Source of the DNA: an uncultured Pelagibacteraceae bacterium | Lineage (GTDB): Bacteria > Pseudomonadota > Alphaproteobacteria > Pelagibacterales > AG-422-B15 | Assembly: GCA_902554325.1 (NCBI GenBank) | Contig: CACDOH010000001.1 | Location: 68,135-132,134 of the forward strand | Reading direction: 5' to 3' | DNA: 64,000 bases | In this document: positions 23,479 through 32,677 of the stretch, piece by piece | Position numbering within the stretch: the stretch's first letter is position 1 | Layout of the letters: the number at the start of each line of letters is the position of its first letter | The notes under the pieces: generated by a model | The model's input: the letters and a program-made list of their open reading frames with translations, nothing else | What the model was told of the DNA's origin: nothing | The model's database searches: none | Program-made: the position numbers and the translations under genes

Positions 23479-23570
23479 GAGTCTTGTTGGTGGCAATAAT
23501 GCATCATCAAAAATTGCCTAGCTTAATTTAAGTAGGCCAAAACTTATAATCGCTTAAGGAGGATTAAACT
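23479..23570 (+). promoter_or_regulatory. Structured 5' leader of ibpA (possible RNA thermometer)
   Basis: Hairpin 23516-23537 (GCCTAgCTTA/TAAGTAGGC, one bulge). Weak AU-rich hairpin 23547-23566 (TAATC...GATTA) encloses the SD AAGGAGG. Confidence 0.35.
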
Positions 23571-23999
23571 ATGACTACATTTGACTTATCGCCATTACTG
23601 CGCTCAAGCGTAGGTTTTGACGCATTTGACAATATTTTTGACTCTGTCTTTAATATGAATGAGACTGGAAGTGCTTACCCGCCTTACAATATTGTGAAAT
23701 CAGGTAATAATTACACCATAACACTTGCAGTAGCTGGTTTTTCAATGTCTGACTTAGACATTTCTGTACAAGAAAATGAGCTAATAATCAGTGGTAAGAC
23801 CAATGACTCTGAAAATAACGTTGAGTTCTTGCATAAAGGTATTGCTGGGAGAAGCTTTGAAAGAAAGTTTCGACTAGCTGACACTATCAAAGTATCTGAT
23901 GCAAACTATGAGAATGGTTTATTGCATGTATTTCTTGAAAGGGAAATTCCAGAACATCAAAAACCAAGAAAAATAGAAATTAATAATAAAATTAATTAA
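23571..23999 (+). CDS. ibpA: Small heat-shock protein (Hsp20/IbpA family)
   Basis: 142 aa. 'YPPYNIVKSGNNYTITLAVAGF' and 'NGLLHVFLERE' alpha-crystallin motifs. Strong SD. Confidence 0.9.
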   Translation: MTTFDLSPLLRSSVGFDAFDNIFDSVFNMNETGSAYPPYNIVKSGNNYTITLAVAGFSMSDLDISVQENELIISGKTNDSENNVEFLHKGIAGRSFERKFRLADTIKVSDANYENGLLHVFLEREIPEHQKPRKIEINNKIN

Positions 24000-24007
24000 T
24001 TTTAATA

Positions 24008-24047
24008 AGGAGCTGCTAATAATACTTAGCGGCTCCTCTATATTTTT
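24008..24047 (+). terminator. Rho-independent terminator after ibpA
   Basis: 9-bp stem AGGAGCTGC/GCGGCTCCT (one G-U pair), 12-nt loop, followed by a T-rich tail 'ctatattttt'. Confidence 0.6.
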
Positions 24048-25025
24048 ATGAAAGCAATTACTTTTGATAAATTTGGAGGCCCTGAAGTCCTATATTTATC
24101 TGACAACATAGAGACACCAGTTGTTAGTGATGAAGAAGTATTAATCAAAGTTCATGCAGCAGGGATAAATAGACCTGACATATTGCAACGCATGGGGCAA
24201 TATCCACCTCCTAGAGGTGCTTCGGAGATACTTGGACTAGAGGTTTCAGGATGTATAGTAGATTGTGGTAAAGGTATTGATAAAGAATTTCTAAACAAAA
24301 ATGTTTGTGCTCTTGTAACAGGTGGTGGATATGCGGAATATGTGAAATGTCATAAATCAACAATACTACCTATTCCTAAAGGCATTTCGCTTAGTGATGC
24401 TTGCACTATCCCTGAAACTTTTTTTACAGTATGGACAAATTTATTTGACCTTGCGAAACTTAAAAGGGATGAAACCCTGCTTATTCACGGTGGCGCTAGC
24501 GGTATTGGTTTAACTGCTGTTTCAATGGCAATGGCCTTTGGAGTGAAATGCATTGCTACAGTAGGATCTGATGAAAAAGAAAATTACTTAAACTCTCTAA
24601 ATATAGAACGAGTAATTAATTATAAGACTGATGATTTTGAAAAAATAATACTCAACGAGTATAAAGGTATTGATGTAATTTTGGATATGGTAGGAGGAAA
24701 TTACTTCCAAAAAAATCTAAATATAATGAATCGTTTTGGGAGACTAATAAATATTGCTTATCTTCAGGGCTCAAAGATTGAAGCTAATCTTCTTCCAATT
24801 ATGCTAAAAAGATTAATCATTTCGGGATCTACTTTAAGAACAAGGGCAAATAAAGAAAAGGCAGAAATAGCCGAAAATCTTAAAAAGAATATTTGGCCTT
24901 TGATAGAAAATAACAATATTAAACTTCATATTGATAAAAAATTTGATATGAGTGATGTCTCAAAAGCACACCAATACATGGAAAATAATAAAAATATTGG
25001 CAAATTACTGCTAAATTTTGAGTAA
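24048..25025 (+). CDS. qor: NAD(P)H:quinone oxidoreductase (zeta-crystallin/PIG3 MDR family)
   Basis: 325 aa. 'GINRPDILQRMGQYPPP' and 'LIHGGASGIG' Rossmann motif. Confidence 0.85.
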   Translation: MKAITFDKFGGPEVLYLSDNIETPVVSDEEVLIKVHAAGINRPDILQRMGQYPPPRGASEILGLEVSGCIVDCGKGIDKEFLNKNVCALVTGGGYAEYVKCHKSTILPIPKGISLSDACTIPETFFTVWTNLFDLAKLKRDETLLIHGGASGIGLTAVSMAMAFGVKCIATVGSDEKENYLNSLNIERVINYKTDDFEKIILNEYKGIDVILDMVGGNYFQKNLNIMNRFGRLINIAYLQGSKIEANLLPIMLKRLIISGSTLRTRANKEKAEIAENLKKNIWPLIENNNIKLHIDKKFDMSDVSKAHQYMENNKNIGKLLLNFE

Positions 25026-25077
25026 AGCTTTGAAAAAATGATAAACTAACATATAAGAACTTTTTTAATTACAGATT

Positions 25078-25719
25078 ATGAAAACAATAAAATTACCACT
25101 TATGCCAAAGGCTACTGCAATTTGGCTTGTAGATAACACTTCCCTCTCTTTCAGACAGATAGGAGATTTCTGTGGCATGCACGAACTGGAAATTAAAGGT
25201 ATAGCTGACGGCGAAGTGGGTGTAGGAATAAAAGGATTAAATCCAATTACTAGTGGCCAATTAACTAAAGAAGAAATTGATAGATGTGTTGCATCCGAAG
25301 AAGAAGAGCTTCAAATCATTGAAAATGAAATCTCTGAAAAAACAGAACAATCAAAGAAAAAAAAGAAATATACACCCCTATCTAAAAGACAAGATCGACC
25401 AGATGCTGTTTATTGGTTGATTAGAAATCATCCTGAATTAAAAGACTCTCAGGTAGCTCGTTTAGTTGGAAGTACAAAAAATACTATAGACGGAATAAGA
25501 AAGAGAACTCATTGGAATATGGCAAACATCAGACCTCAAGACCCAATCGGTCTCGGTCTATGTAGGCAAATAGAATTAGATGAAGCTCTTGAAAAAGCTG
25601 AGCGCTCAATCAAACGTGCTGAAAAGAAAAAAGCAAAAGAAGAGAAGCTAAAATTAGAGGAAATGAATATTCAAAATGAAGAGAATCTCTCCTCTACAAA
25701 TACAACTATAGACGAATAA
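25078..25719 (+). CDS. DUF1013-family protein (alphaproteobacterial cell-cycle regulator-like)
   Basis: 213 aa. 'LMPKATAIWLVDNTSLSF.QI..FCG.HELE' resembles DUF1013, recalled from memory. K/E-rich tail. Confidence 0.7.
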   Translation: MKTIKLPLMPKATAIWLVDNTSLSFRQIGDFCGMHELEIKGIADGEVGVGIKGLNPITSGQLTKEEIDRCVASEEEELQIIENEISEKTEQSKKKKKYTPLSKRQDRPDAVYWLIRNHPELKDSQVARLVGSTKNTIDGIRKRTHWNMANIRPQDPIGLGLCRQIELDEALEKAERSIKRAEKKKAKEEKLKLEEMNIQNEENLSSTNTTIDE

Positions 25720-25728
25720 GTTTTATCG

Positions 25729-26217
25729 ATGAAAAGTTTGCCACTCGTTAGCATAATAATGGGAAGCCAATCTGATTGGTCAACAATGAAACATGCATCA
25801 AAAATTCTAACTACTTTTAAAATTAAACATGAAGTAAAGATTATTTCAGCCCATCGCACTCCCAAAAGATTATTCACATATGCTGAGGAAGCTGACAAAA
25901 GAGGTATAAAAGTAATAATTGCAGGAGCTGGGGGAGCTGCTCATCTTCCTGGCATGACAGCATCAATAAGTAATTTGCCTGTGCTGGGTGTTCCAGTTGA
26001 ATCTAAAAAATTAAAAGGATTGGATAGCTTATTATCAATTGCTCAAATGCCTGCAGGTGTTCCTGTAGGATCGCTAGCTGTTGGTGAATCAGGTGCAAAA
26101 AATGCTGCCTTATTAGCAATCTCAATATTAAGTGGTGAAGATAAAATTCTTAAAAACAAGTATAAGAGTTGGCGTTTAAAGCAAACCCGGTCAGTAAATA
26201 TCAAACCTAAAAAATGA
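25729..26217 (+). CDS. purE: N5-carboxyaminoimidazole ribonucleotide mutase
   Basis: 162 aa. 'IIMGSQSDW', 'SAHRTP' and '[14 protein letters not shown]'. Confidence 0.93.
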   Translation: MKSLPLVSIIMGSQSDWSTMKHASKILTTFKIKHEVKIISAHRTPKRLFTYAEEADKRGIKVIIAGAGGAAHLPGMTASISNLPVLGVPVESKKLKGLDSLLSIAQMPAGVPVGSLAVGESGAKNAALLAISILSGEDKILKNKYKSWRLKQTRSVNIKPKK

Positions 26218-27287
26218 GTTTAAAAGTTAAGACAGTTGGCATCATTGGTGGTGGACAGCTGGGCATGTTCTTAGCTCATTCATGTAATAAATTAGGACTT
26301 ATAGTATTCGTTTACTCAGACAGCAAAAGAGTTCCCGCAGAAAAATATGCTGACAAAATGTTCTACGGTTCTTTTGAAGATGTCGAAAGTTTAAAAACTT
26401 TTAGTAGTGAAGTAGATCTTATAACCTACGAATTTGAAAATGTATCAACTAAAGCTCTAAACAAATTAAAGGGAAAGAAAATATACCCACCTATTTCTGC
26501 ACTAATTATTAGTCAGGATAGAAAAAAAGAGAAACAATTCTTCTCAAAAAATAAAATTAACCATGCAGGAATTGGTCTTCTAAATAATAAGAATAGTTTG
26601 AAAAGACTAAAAACTTCAATTCAGTATCCTGTAATATTAAAAACAACTAGATTTGGCTACGATGGTAAAGGACAAGCATTAGTAAAAAATACTAAAAATT
26701 TAGAAAGACAATGGAAAGAGAATGGATATCAGGAATGTATTATAGAAAGGAAGATTAATCTTAAAAAAGAAGTTTCAGTTATATGCGCAAGAGACATTAA
26801 ACGAAATTCTTATTTCTATCCAACATTCACTAATGTACACAAAAACCACATACTTTTTGAAACAAAATCACCTAGTAGTATTGATGCAGAAATTGAAGGT
26901 AAATTATTAAAAATATCAAAAAAAATTATTACAAAGCTTAATTATATTGGATTATTAACGATTGAATTTTTCATTGATAAAGAAAATACTATTTATGTTA
27001 ATGAAATTGCTCCAAGGGTTCATAATTCTGGGCATATAACACTTGATAATGCGAACATAAGTCAATTTGAGTTGCATATAAAAGCCATTACAGGAAAAAA
27101 AATTCTGAAACCCAAACTACTTAAAAAAGGGCTTATGAGAAATCTTATAGGCAATGAAATAAAAAGAGTGAAAAGTATAAAATCTATGAGGAAGTATAAA
27201 GGCTTCAAAAAAAACGTAAAGTATGACTATGGCAAAAAGATCGTAAAAGGTGGCCGAAAAATGGGTCACATTAATTTTATCTCATAA
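26214..27287 (+). CDS. purK: N5-carboxyaminoimidazole ribonucleotide synthase
   Basis: 357 aa. ATP-grasp ('GIIGGGQLG', 'GYDGKGQ', '[12 protein letters not shown]'). ATGA overlap with purE. Confidence 0.85.
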   Translation: MSLKVKTVGIIGGGQLGMFLAHSCNKLGLIVFVYSDSKRVPAEKYADKMFYGSFEDVESLKTFSSEVDLITYEFENVSTKALNKLKGKKIYPPISALIISQDRKKEKQFFSKNKINHAGIGLLNNKNSLKRLKTSIQYPVILKTTRFGYDGKGQALVKNTKNLERQWKENGYQECIIERKINLKKEVSVICARDIKRNSYFYPTFTNVHKNHILFETKSPSSIDAEIEGKLLKISKKIITKLNYIGLLTIEFFIDKENTIYVNEIAPRVHNSGHITLDNANISQFELHIKAITGKKILKPKLLKKGLMRNLIGNEIKRVKSIKSMRKYKGFKKNVKYDYGKKIVKGGRKMGHINFIS

Positions 27288-27374
27288 TTGAATATAGTTT
27301 TATTTGGCTAGACAAAGGAATTCCAAGATGGTAAAAACCCACAAATTTTAAGTGCTCTTAAGGAGGGCAGTACC

Positions 27375-27572
27375 ATAGTTGAAGTAAGTGTAAAAGATAA
27401 CAACGTTGAAGGAGCTTTACGTATCCTTAAGAAAAAAATGCAAAGAGAAGGTATTTTTAAGGAAATGAAAATGAGAACTTACTTCGAAAAACCTAGCCAG
27501 AAAAAGTTAAGAGAAAAAGCAGAAAATATTCGTCGTTCTCGAAAAATGGCTAGAAGAAAATTATACAGCTAA
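27375..27572 (+). CDS. rpsU: 30S ribosomal protein S21, apparent non-canonical ATA start (not in the ORF track)
   Basis: Hand translation: (I/M)[71 protein letters not shown] at 27360-27366 lies 8 nt before ATA. There is no in-frame ATG/GTG/TTG before the internal 'KKKM'. Confidence 0.8.
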   Translation: MVEVSVKDNNVEGALRILKKKMQREGIFKEMKMRTYFEKPSQKKLREKAENIRRSRKMARRKLYS

Positions 27573-27577
27573 AATAA

Positions 27578-28978
27578 CTACAAAGCCTTAACAATACCCT
27601 CAACCATTTTTTTAGCATCAGAGAAAAGCATCATGGTATTGTCTCTGTAAAATAACTCATTATCTACCCCGGCATAACCTAAGCCCCTACCCCTCTTAAC
27701 AAATAAAACTGTATTTGCATTCTCTACATCAAGGATTGGCATTCCATAAATTGGTGAAGAAGGATCAGTTTTAGCTAAAGGATTGGTTACATCATTCGCA
27801 CCTATTACAAATGCCACATCTGCTTGAGAAAATTCTGAATTTATATCTTCCAATTCAAAAACATCATCATATGGCACATTAGCTTCGGCTAACAAAACAT
27901 TCATATGGCCAGGCATTCTTCCTGCAACTGGGTGAATTGCAAAAGTTACTTTAACTCCATTTCTTTTCAAGGCATCAGTCATCTCTTTTAATACGTGCTG
28001 AGCTTGAGCTACTGCCATTCCATAACCTGGTACGATAATAACAGATCCAGCATTTTTCATGATAAATGCTGCATCATCAAAGCCGCCCTCTTTTACAGGT
28101 CGTTGCTCTACATCTTTATTAACTGCGATATCATCACCGCCAAAACCTCCTAATATTACACTTATGAATGATCTATTCATTGCGGCACACATTATATATG
28201 AGAGTATGGCACCAGATGATCCAACTAACGCTCCAGTAATTATTAGTGCTGTATTTCCAAGTGTGAACCCAATGCCTGCTGCAGCCCATCCTGAATATGA
28301 GTTAAGCATAGATACGACTACTGGCATATCTGCTCCACCAATCGGAATAATAATAAGAAAACCTATTAAGAATGATAGTGCGATAATTGTTAAATATATC
28401 TTTTGATCCTGATTGAAGCAAAAATACACAATACCAGCAATGATTACAATCCCAATAAATAAATTGAGCATATGTTGTCCTCTAAATACTATCGGAGAAC
28501 CAGACATTATTCCTTGAAGTTTACCAAACGCAATTACAGAGCCAGAAAAAGTAATTGCACCAATCACTGCCCCCAAAGACATTTCAACTAAACTTAGAGT
28601 TTTTATATTTCCCAAAGTCCCAATTTTAAATGCCTCAGGCGCATAAAATGCAGCTAGAGCAACAAATACAGCAGCTAAACCAACAAGGCTATGAAAACCT
28701 GCAACTAACTGTGGCATATCTGTCATAGCAATTCTTTTCGCAATAATAGCACCTACTATTCCACCAATAGCAATTGCAACTATAACAAATACAATCGTTT
28801 GAATATCTGAAGTAAAAAAATTAACCGAGAACAAAGTTGCTAAAATAGCAATTACCATTCCTAGAATACCAAAAATATTTCCTCTTCTCGAACTTTCCGG
28901 GGATGAGAGTCCTCTTAATGCGATAATAAAAAATACACCCGATACAACATATGCAATGGCGACTAGATTTGTAAGCAT
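27578..28978 (-). CDS. pntB: NAD(P) transhydrogenase subunit beta
   Basis: 466 aa. Polytopic N-terminal part and C-terminal dIII '[13 protein letters not shown]' and '[19 protein letters not shown]'. Confidence 0.93.
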   Translation of the reverse strand: MLTNLVAIAYVVSGVFFIIALRGLSSPESSRRGNIFGILGMVIAILATLFSVNFFTSDIQTIVFVIVAIAIGGIVGAIIAKRIAMTDMPQLVAGFHSLVGLAAVFVALAAFYAPEAFKIGTLGNIKTLSLVEMSLGAVIGAITFSGSVIAFGKLQGIMSGSPIVFRGQHMLNLFIGIVIIAGIVYFCFNQDQKIYLTIIALSFLIGFLIIIPIGGADMPVVVSMLNSYSGWAAAGIGFTLGNTALIITGALVGSSGAILSYIMCAAMNRSFISVILGGFGGDDIAVNKDVEQRPVKEGGFDDAAFIMKNAGSVIIVPGYGMAVAQAQHVLKEMTDALKRNGVKVTFAIHPVAGRMPGHMNVLLAEANVPYDDVFELEDINSEFSQADVAFVIGANDVTNPLAKTDPSSPIYGMPILDVENANTVLFVKRGRGLGYAGVDNELFYRDNTMMLFSDAKKMVEGIVKAL

Positions 28979-29302
28979 TTATTCTTTATCCTCTTTTTTT
29001 GGTTTTTTCTTATACATTGCAAGCATTCTTTGTGTAACTAGAAACCCGCCAAATATATTCACAGCAGCTAAAAGCACGGCAAGAAAGCCGAACCCTTTAG
29101 AAAGATTTCCTAAAAGTGATAGATCGCTGCTGAGAACTAGAGCAAATAACCCGCCAACAATTATAACTGATGATATTGCGTTAGTGACTGCCATCAGAGG
29201 TGTGTGTAAGGCAGGTGTAACGCTCCATACGACATAATATCCTATAAAAATCGATAAAACGAATATTGTTAGTCTGAATATATTTGGATCAACTAATTCC
29301 AT
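28979..29302 (-). CDS. pntAB: NAD(P) transhydrogenase subunit alpha part 2 (membrane)
   Basis: 107 aa with three or four TM helices. Lies between pntAA and pntB, the split-alpha arrangement known from Rhodospirillum-type enzymes. Confidence 0.85.
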   Translation of the reverse strand: MELVDPNIFRLTIFVLSIFIGYYVVWSVTPALHTPLMAVTNAISSVIIVGGLFALVLSSDLSLLGNLSKGFGFLAVLLAAVNIFGGFLVTQRMLAMYKKKPKKEDKE

Positions 29303-30423
29303 TATTTAAACTCCTCATTAGTTATTTCTTTATTCTTAGTGACAAGTATGCCTTTTACAATCTCATCTTCCCAATCAATGCTTAGTTCCTTTGTCTCACT
29401 ATCAATCAACAAATCTAAAAAATTTAAAACATTTTTAGAAAAAAGGGATGAGGCATCTTGCGAAATAGTTGATGTAATATTTTTTACACCTACAACTGTC
29501 ACCCCGTTCACATTATTTGTTTCACCCGCAGCTGAGCATTCACAATTGCCTCCACTTTCTGCAGCTAAATCAATAATTATTGATCCTGGCTTCATAGAAT
29601 TTACTTGCTCTTTTGAAATTAGTAGTGGGGCTTTTTTACCTGGTATTAAAGCTGTACATATTGCAATGTCTTGGGATGCTAAGGTTTCAGAAATTAGATT
29701 TGCTTGCTTTAATTTGAATTCTTCACTCATCTCCTTTGCATATCCTCCAGATGTCTCAGCATCTTGACCTTCATCATCTTCAACCATTACAAATTTGCCA
29801 CCCAAGCTTTCAACCTGTTCTTTTGCAGCCATTCTGACATCAGTTGCGGACACGATTGCTCCTAATCTTTTTGCTGTAGCAATAGCTTGCAGTCCTGCCA
29901 CACCAGCCCCAAATACCATGACTTTGGCAGGAGCAATTGTTCCTGCTGCTGTCATCATCATAGGCATTGCTTTATTAAAAAGATAAGTAGCATCAATGAC
30001 AGCTTTGTATCCTGCTAAATTTGATTGCGATGACAAAATATCCATAGATTGAGCCCTAGTTATTCTAGGCATTAATTCCATTGCAAAAGATGTTACTCCT
30101 TTATCTTTTAACTTATTAAGTGTATCACTATTATTATATGGATCGAGCGATGCAATTAGCACTGATCCCTCATTCATATGTGCAATTTCATCTTCATTTG
30201 GTTTATTAATCTTAAGTATCAGATCAGATTTACTTATATCAGTAATTTCATTCGATATTGATGCTCCACTTTTAATATACTCTTCATTAGAAAAATTTGA
30301 GTTTAATCCAGCATTGTCCTGTATAACTACATTAAGACCCCAGTCCTTCATCTTCTTTACAGTGTCTGGAGAGGCTGCCACTCTAGAGTCAGAATTGCTT
30401 TCTTTAAGAATATAAACTTGCAT
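29302..30423 (-). CDS. pntAA: NAD(P) transhydrogenase subunit alpha part 1 (dI)
   Basis: 373 aa. Alanine-dehydrogenase/PNT fold and 'VMVFGAGVAGLQAIATAKRLGA' Rossmann motif. Confidence 0.92.
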   Translation of the reverse strand: MQVYILKESNSDSRVAASPDTVKKMKDWGLNVVIQDNAGLNSNFSNEEYIKSGASISNEITDISKSDLILKINKPNEDEIAHMNEGSVLIASLDPYNNSDTLNKLKDKGVTSFAMELMPRITRAQSMDILSSQSNLAGYKAVIDATYLFNKAMPMMMTAAGTIAPAKVMVFGAGVAGLQAIATAKRLGAIVSATDVRMAAKEQVESLGGKFVMVEDDEGQDAETSGGYAKEMSEEFKLKQANLISETLASQDIAICTALIPGKKAPLLISKEQVNSMKPGSIIIDLAAESGGNCECSAAGETNNVNGVTVVGVKNITSTISQDASSLFSKNVLNFLDLLIDSETKELSIDWEDEIVKGILVTKNKEITNEEFK

Positions 30424-30435
30424 AATGAATAGAAT

Positions 30436-30546
30436 TTATAATAAGAAAATTGCCATAAATACTAGGACTAAAATCACACCCACTGATCCCCAAACAATTA
30501 ACTTTCCAAAAAATGAGTAGGTTTTTTTTTGTTCCGAAATGTCCAT
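30436..30546 (-). CDS. 36-aa single-TM protein resembling the 'aa3-type cytochrome oxidase subunit IV' (COX4_pro_2) small-protein family (not in the ORF track)
   Basis: Hand translation: MDISEQKKTYSFFGKLIVWGSVGVILVLVFMAIFLL*. Matches the remembered pattern E-x3-TY-x2-F-x2-L-x2-WG plus a TM helix. Lies directly upstream of pntAA. Confidence 0.55.
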   Translation of the reverse strand: MDISEQKKTYSFFGKLIVWGSVGVILVLVFMAIFLL

Positions 30547-30635
30547 AATATTCAATGTAATATATTTCTTAATTTATAATTTAACAGCATTATTTTTATA
30601 TAACTTTTAGTATAAAAATTTATTTTATTTAATTT

Positions 30636-31538
30636 TTACAATGCTTTAGAGGGCTTAGAATGATCCCAATCTATAACGAGAGATCTTAAGGCTGCTACTA
30701 ATGCTAAAGGTTGGTCTACCATAATATGATGGTGGGCTTCAGGAATATTTATTATTGGAGATTTTTTGTCCATGAGCTCATGCATATATTTTGCACTTCG
30801 ACCAGGAAAAAGAAGTGACTTCTCACCTCTAAATATAGCAACCCTACACTTCAAGCCCTTAAGCTTATTTCGATACATTGCTTGCCTTTCAGCGAAACTG
30901 TCACTATTAAAAATTTTCATATAGTTTGGATCAAACTTCCATGTCCATCCACCTCTAACTTTTTTAATAGATTTTTCTGCAATATAATCCATTACGTAAT
31001 CAAGTGCATCACTTTGTGACGGAACAAGTCTGAACCTTTTTCTTATATCTGATTGTCTTTTATAAATTTTATTAGCTCTTATTTTTAAGTCAAATTTAGG
31101 TGGTTTTTCTGAAGGAGGCATTATCGCAGTATCTACGATGACGAGGCCATAAAGAGTTTTTTTCATAGATGAAGCGGCAATTACACTGCACATACCTCCT
31201 AAACTGTGACCAACTAAAATTGGTTTCTTGAGTTTCTCTTTTTTGCAAACTCCAACTATTTCATCTCCCCATGACTCTATAGAGTATTTTTTTTTCCAAT
31301 CACTCTCACCCATACCTCCTAAATTCATTGCTATAACCCTATGCGTTTTTGCAAAATACGGTCCAATAAAATTCCACCACTCGGCGTGTGCCATTCCACC
31401 GTGAACAAATATTAGTCCGGGATTTTTTTTATCGCCCCAAGTATTATAGACTATTTTAGTGCCTTTAACTTTGACGGAACATATTTCTGGATTATTGGCG
31501 ATTGAATCTTTAAACCATTGAGGTGTATTAGTATTCAT
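30636..31538 (-). CDS. Alpha/beta-fold hydrolase
   Basis: 300 aa. 'FVHGG' oxyanion region, 'GHSLGG' nucleophile elbow and a C-terminal His ('PEAHHHIMVDQP'). Confidence 0.75.
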   Translation of the reverse strand: MNTNTPQWFKDSIANNPEICSVKVKGTKIVYNTWGDKKNPGLIFVHGGMAHAEWWNFIGPYFAKTHRVIAMNLGGMGESDWKKKYSIESWGDEIVGVCKKEKLKKPILVGHSLGGMCSVIAASSMKKTLYGLVIVDTAIMPPSEKPPKFDLKIRANKIYKRQSDIRKRFRLVPSQSDALDYVMDYIAEKSIKKVRGGWTWKFDPNYMKIFNSDSFAERQAMYRNKLKGLKCRVAIFRGEKSLLFPGRSAKYMHELMDKKSPIINIPEAHHHIMVDQPLALVAALRSLVIDWDHSKPSKAL

Positions 31539-32239
31539 GAAGTAAGTTTTTTTAATGATTTAACTACTGTTTTGTGTAATAGCCTTGAAACTCTTTTTAT
31601 CTTAGTTGGGTTTGAAAGTAAATCATTTCTGACTTCTATTAACGCATGTGGGAGCTTATTTTTTAAACCATGCCTATACATACTGTCTCCGATCAAATTT
31701 CCTCTGTATGGCTTATTGTCTCCAACATTTAGCTTCTGCAATTTAAGTTGGTCAATAATTATACTACTTAAATTTTTGTCTTCATTTGAAAGTATGCCAA
31801 ATTCTAAAAGTCTTCTTTTATTCTTAAATATTGGATTAAAAGAATGTAAAGATAAAATAACTTTAACTTTTTTATTTTTTATAGTTCGATTTATTTCGTG
31901 ATGATATTTATTATAAATTTTTTTAACCCTTAATCTTAATTCACTTTTACTAAGCCCTATATTCCCAGGAATTATTTTTCCATCTACTATTTCTGGAATA
32001 ACAGTTGGATCATTTAAATCTCTATTTAAATCAATGAGCAGTCTTGAATATTTACCTTGAATGACTTTACATTTTAATCGATTTGATAGATCTAAGCTTA
32101 GTTCTTTTACTCCAATATCGAAAGCAATATGCTGATTTAAAAAAACACTTGTTAGGCCGAGTTTATAATATTCTTTAGGTAAGTAGTTAGAAGCGTGATC
32201 AGCAATTATTAAAACTTGATTGCTTGAATATTTAACCAA
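31535..32239 (-). CDS. N-formylglutamate amidohydrolase (FGase) family protein
   Basis: 234 aa. 'IIADHASNYLP', 'YSRLLIDLNRD' and 'LHSFNP' motifs. ATGA overlap with the hydrolase. Confidence 0.7.
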   Translation of the reverse strand: MVKYSSNQVLIIADHASNYLPKEYYKLGLTSVFLNQHIAFDIGVKELSLDLSNRLKCKVIQGKYSRLLIDLNRDLNDPTVIPEIVDGKIIPGNIGLSKSELRLRVKKIYNKYHHEINRTIKNKKVKVILSLHSFNPIFKNKRRLLEFGILSNEDKNLSSIIIDQLKLQKLNVGDNKPYRGNLIGDSMYRHGLKNKLPHALIEVRNDLLSNPTKIKRVSRLLHKTVVKSLKKLTS

Positions 32240-32246
32240 AAGTTAA

Positions 32247-32372
32247 TTAACCTTGGCGAGCTTTCATTCTTGGATTTTTCTTATTAATCACGTAAAGACG
32301 ACCCTTACGTTTTATAAGCTTATTGTTTCGATCTCTGGTTTTGAGATTTTTTAGTGAACTTCTTACTTTCAT
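32247..32372 (-). CDS. rpmJ: 50S ribosomal protein L36 (Cys-less type; not in the ORF track)
   Basis: Hand translation: [41 protein letters not shown] (41 aa). Confidence 0.9.
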   Translation of the reverse strand: MKVRSSLKNLKTRDRNNKLIKRKGRLYVINKKNPRMKARQG

Positions 32373-32503
32373 GATTGCTGCTCAACCTGAGGCGCATTAG
32401 CCTCCTCAATTCTTTTAAGTCTAACCTTTTTCTTGCGAATGTTATTCTTTTTCGAACGTTTTTTATTTAATCTTGCTTCTCTAATTTTGTTCGGCTTTTT
32501 CAT
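32369..32503 (-). CDS. 44-aa extremely basic sORF translationally coupled (ATGA) to rpmJ (not in the ORF track)
   Basis: Hand translation: [44 protein letters not shown]. Its TGA overlaps the rpmJ ATG. It is 53 nt downstream of tRNA-Val on the same strand. Confidence 0.45.
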   Translation of the reverse strand: MKKPNKIREARLNKKRSKKNNIRKKKVRLKRIEEANAPQVEQQS

Positions 32504-32556
32504 ATCTAATGCGATCTTTTATATAAAAAGTCAAAAAAAACAACACATTATTTCTC

Positions 32557-32631
32557 TGGTGGGCACGGTTGGGATCGAACCAACAACCCCCACGATGTCA
32601 ACGTGATGCTCTACCACTGAGCTACGTGCCC
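32557..32631 (-). tRNA. tRNA-Val (anticodon GAC), CCA encoded
   Basis: Reverse complement: GGGCACGTAGCTCAGTGGTAGAGCATCACGTTGACATCGTGGGGGTTGTTGGTTCGATCCCAACCGTGCCCACCA. It folds as a cloverleaf: 7-bp acceptor stem, GCTC/GAGC D stem, TCACG/CGTGG anticodon stem, loop TTGACAT and T loop TTCGATC. Confidence 0.93.
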
Positions 32632-32677
32632 TATGATAATAAAACCATATATATCATTATTTATTAGCTATCCATAC

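Noticed and set aside
27328-27351. ATG-initiated 7-codon mini-ORF (MVKTHKF*) upstream of rpsU as a possible true start joined by a frameshift.
   Set aside because: Reaching the S21 frame would need a -1 shift, and no X-XXY-YYZ slippery heptamer is present. Alignment with homologues places the N-terminus at 27375, with its own SD.
32557-32677. tRNA-Val as an integration hotspot, checked for flanking integrase, direct repeats of the tRNA 3' end or prophage genes.
   Set aside because: The neighbours are rpmJ, housekeeping enzymes and DUF1329. I found no recombinase gene and no duplicated tRNA fragment.
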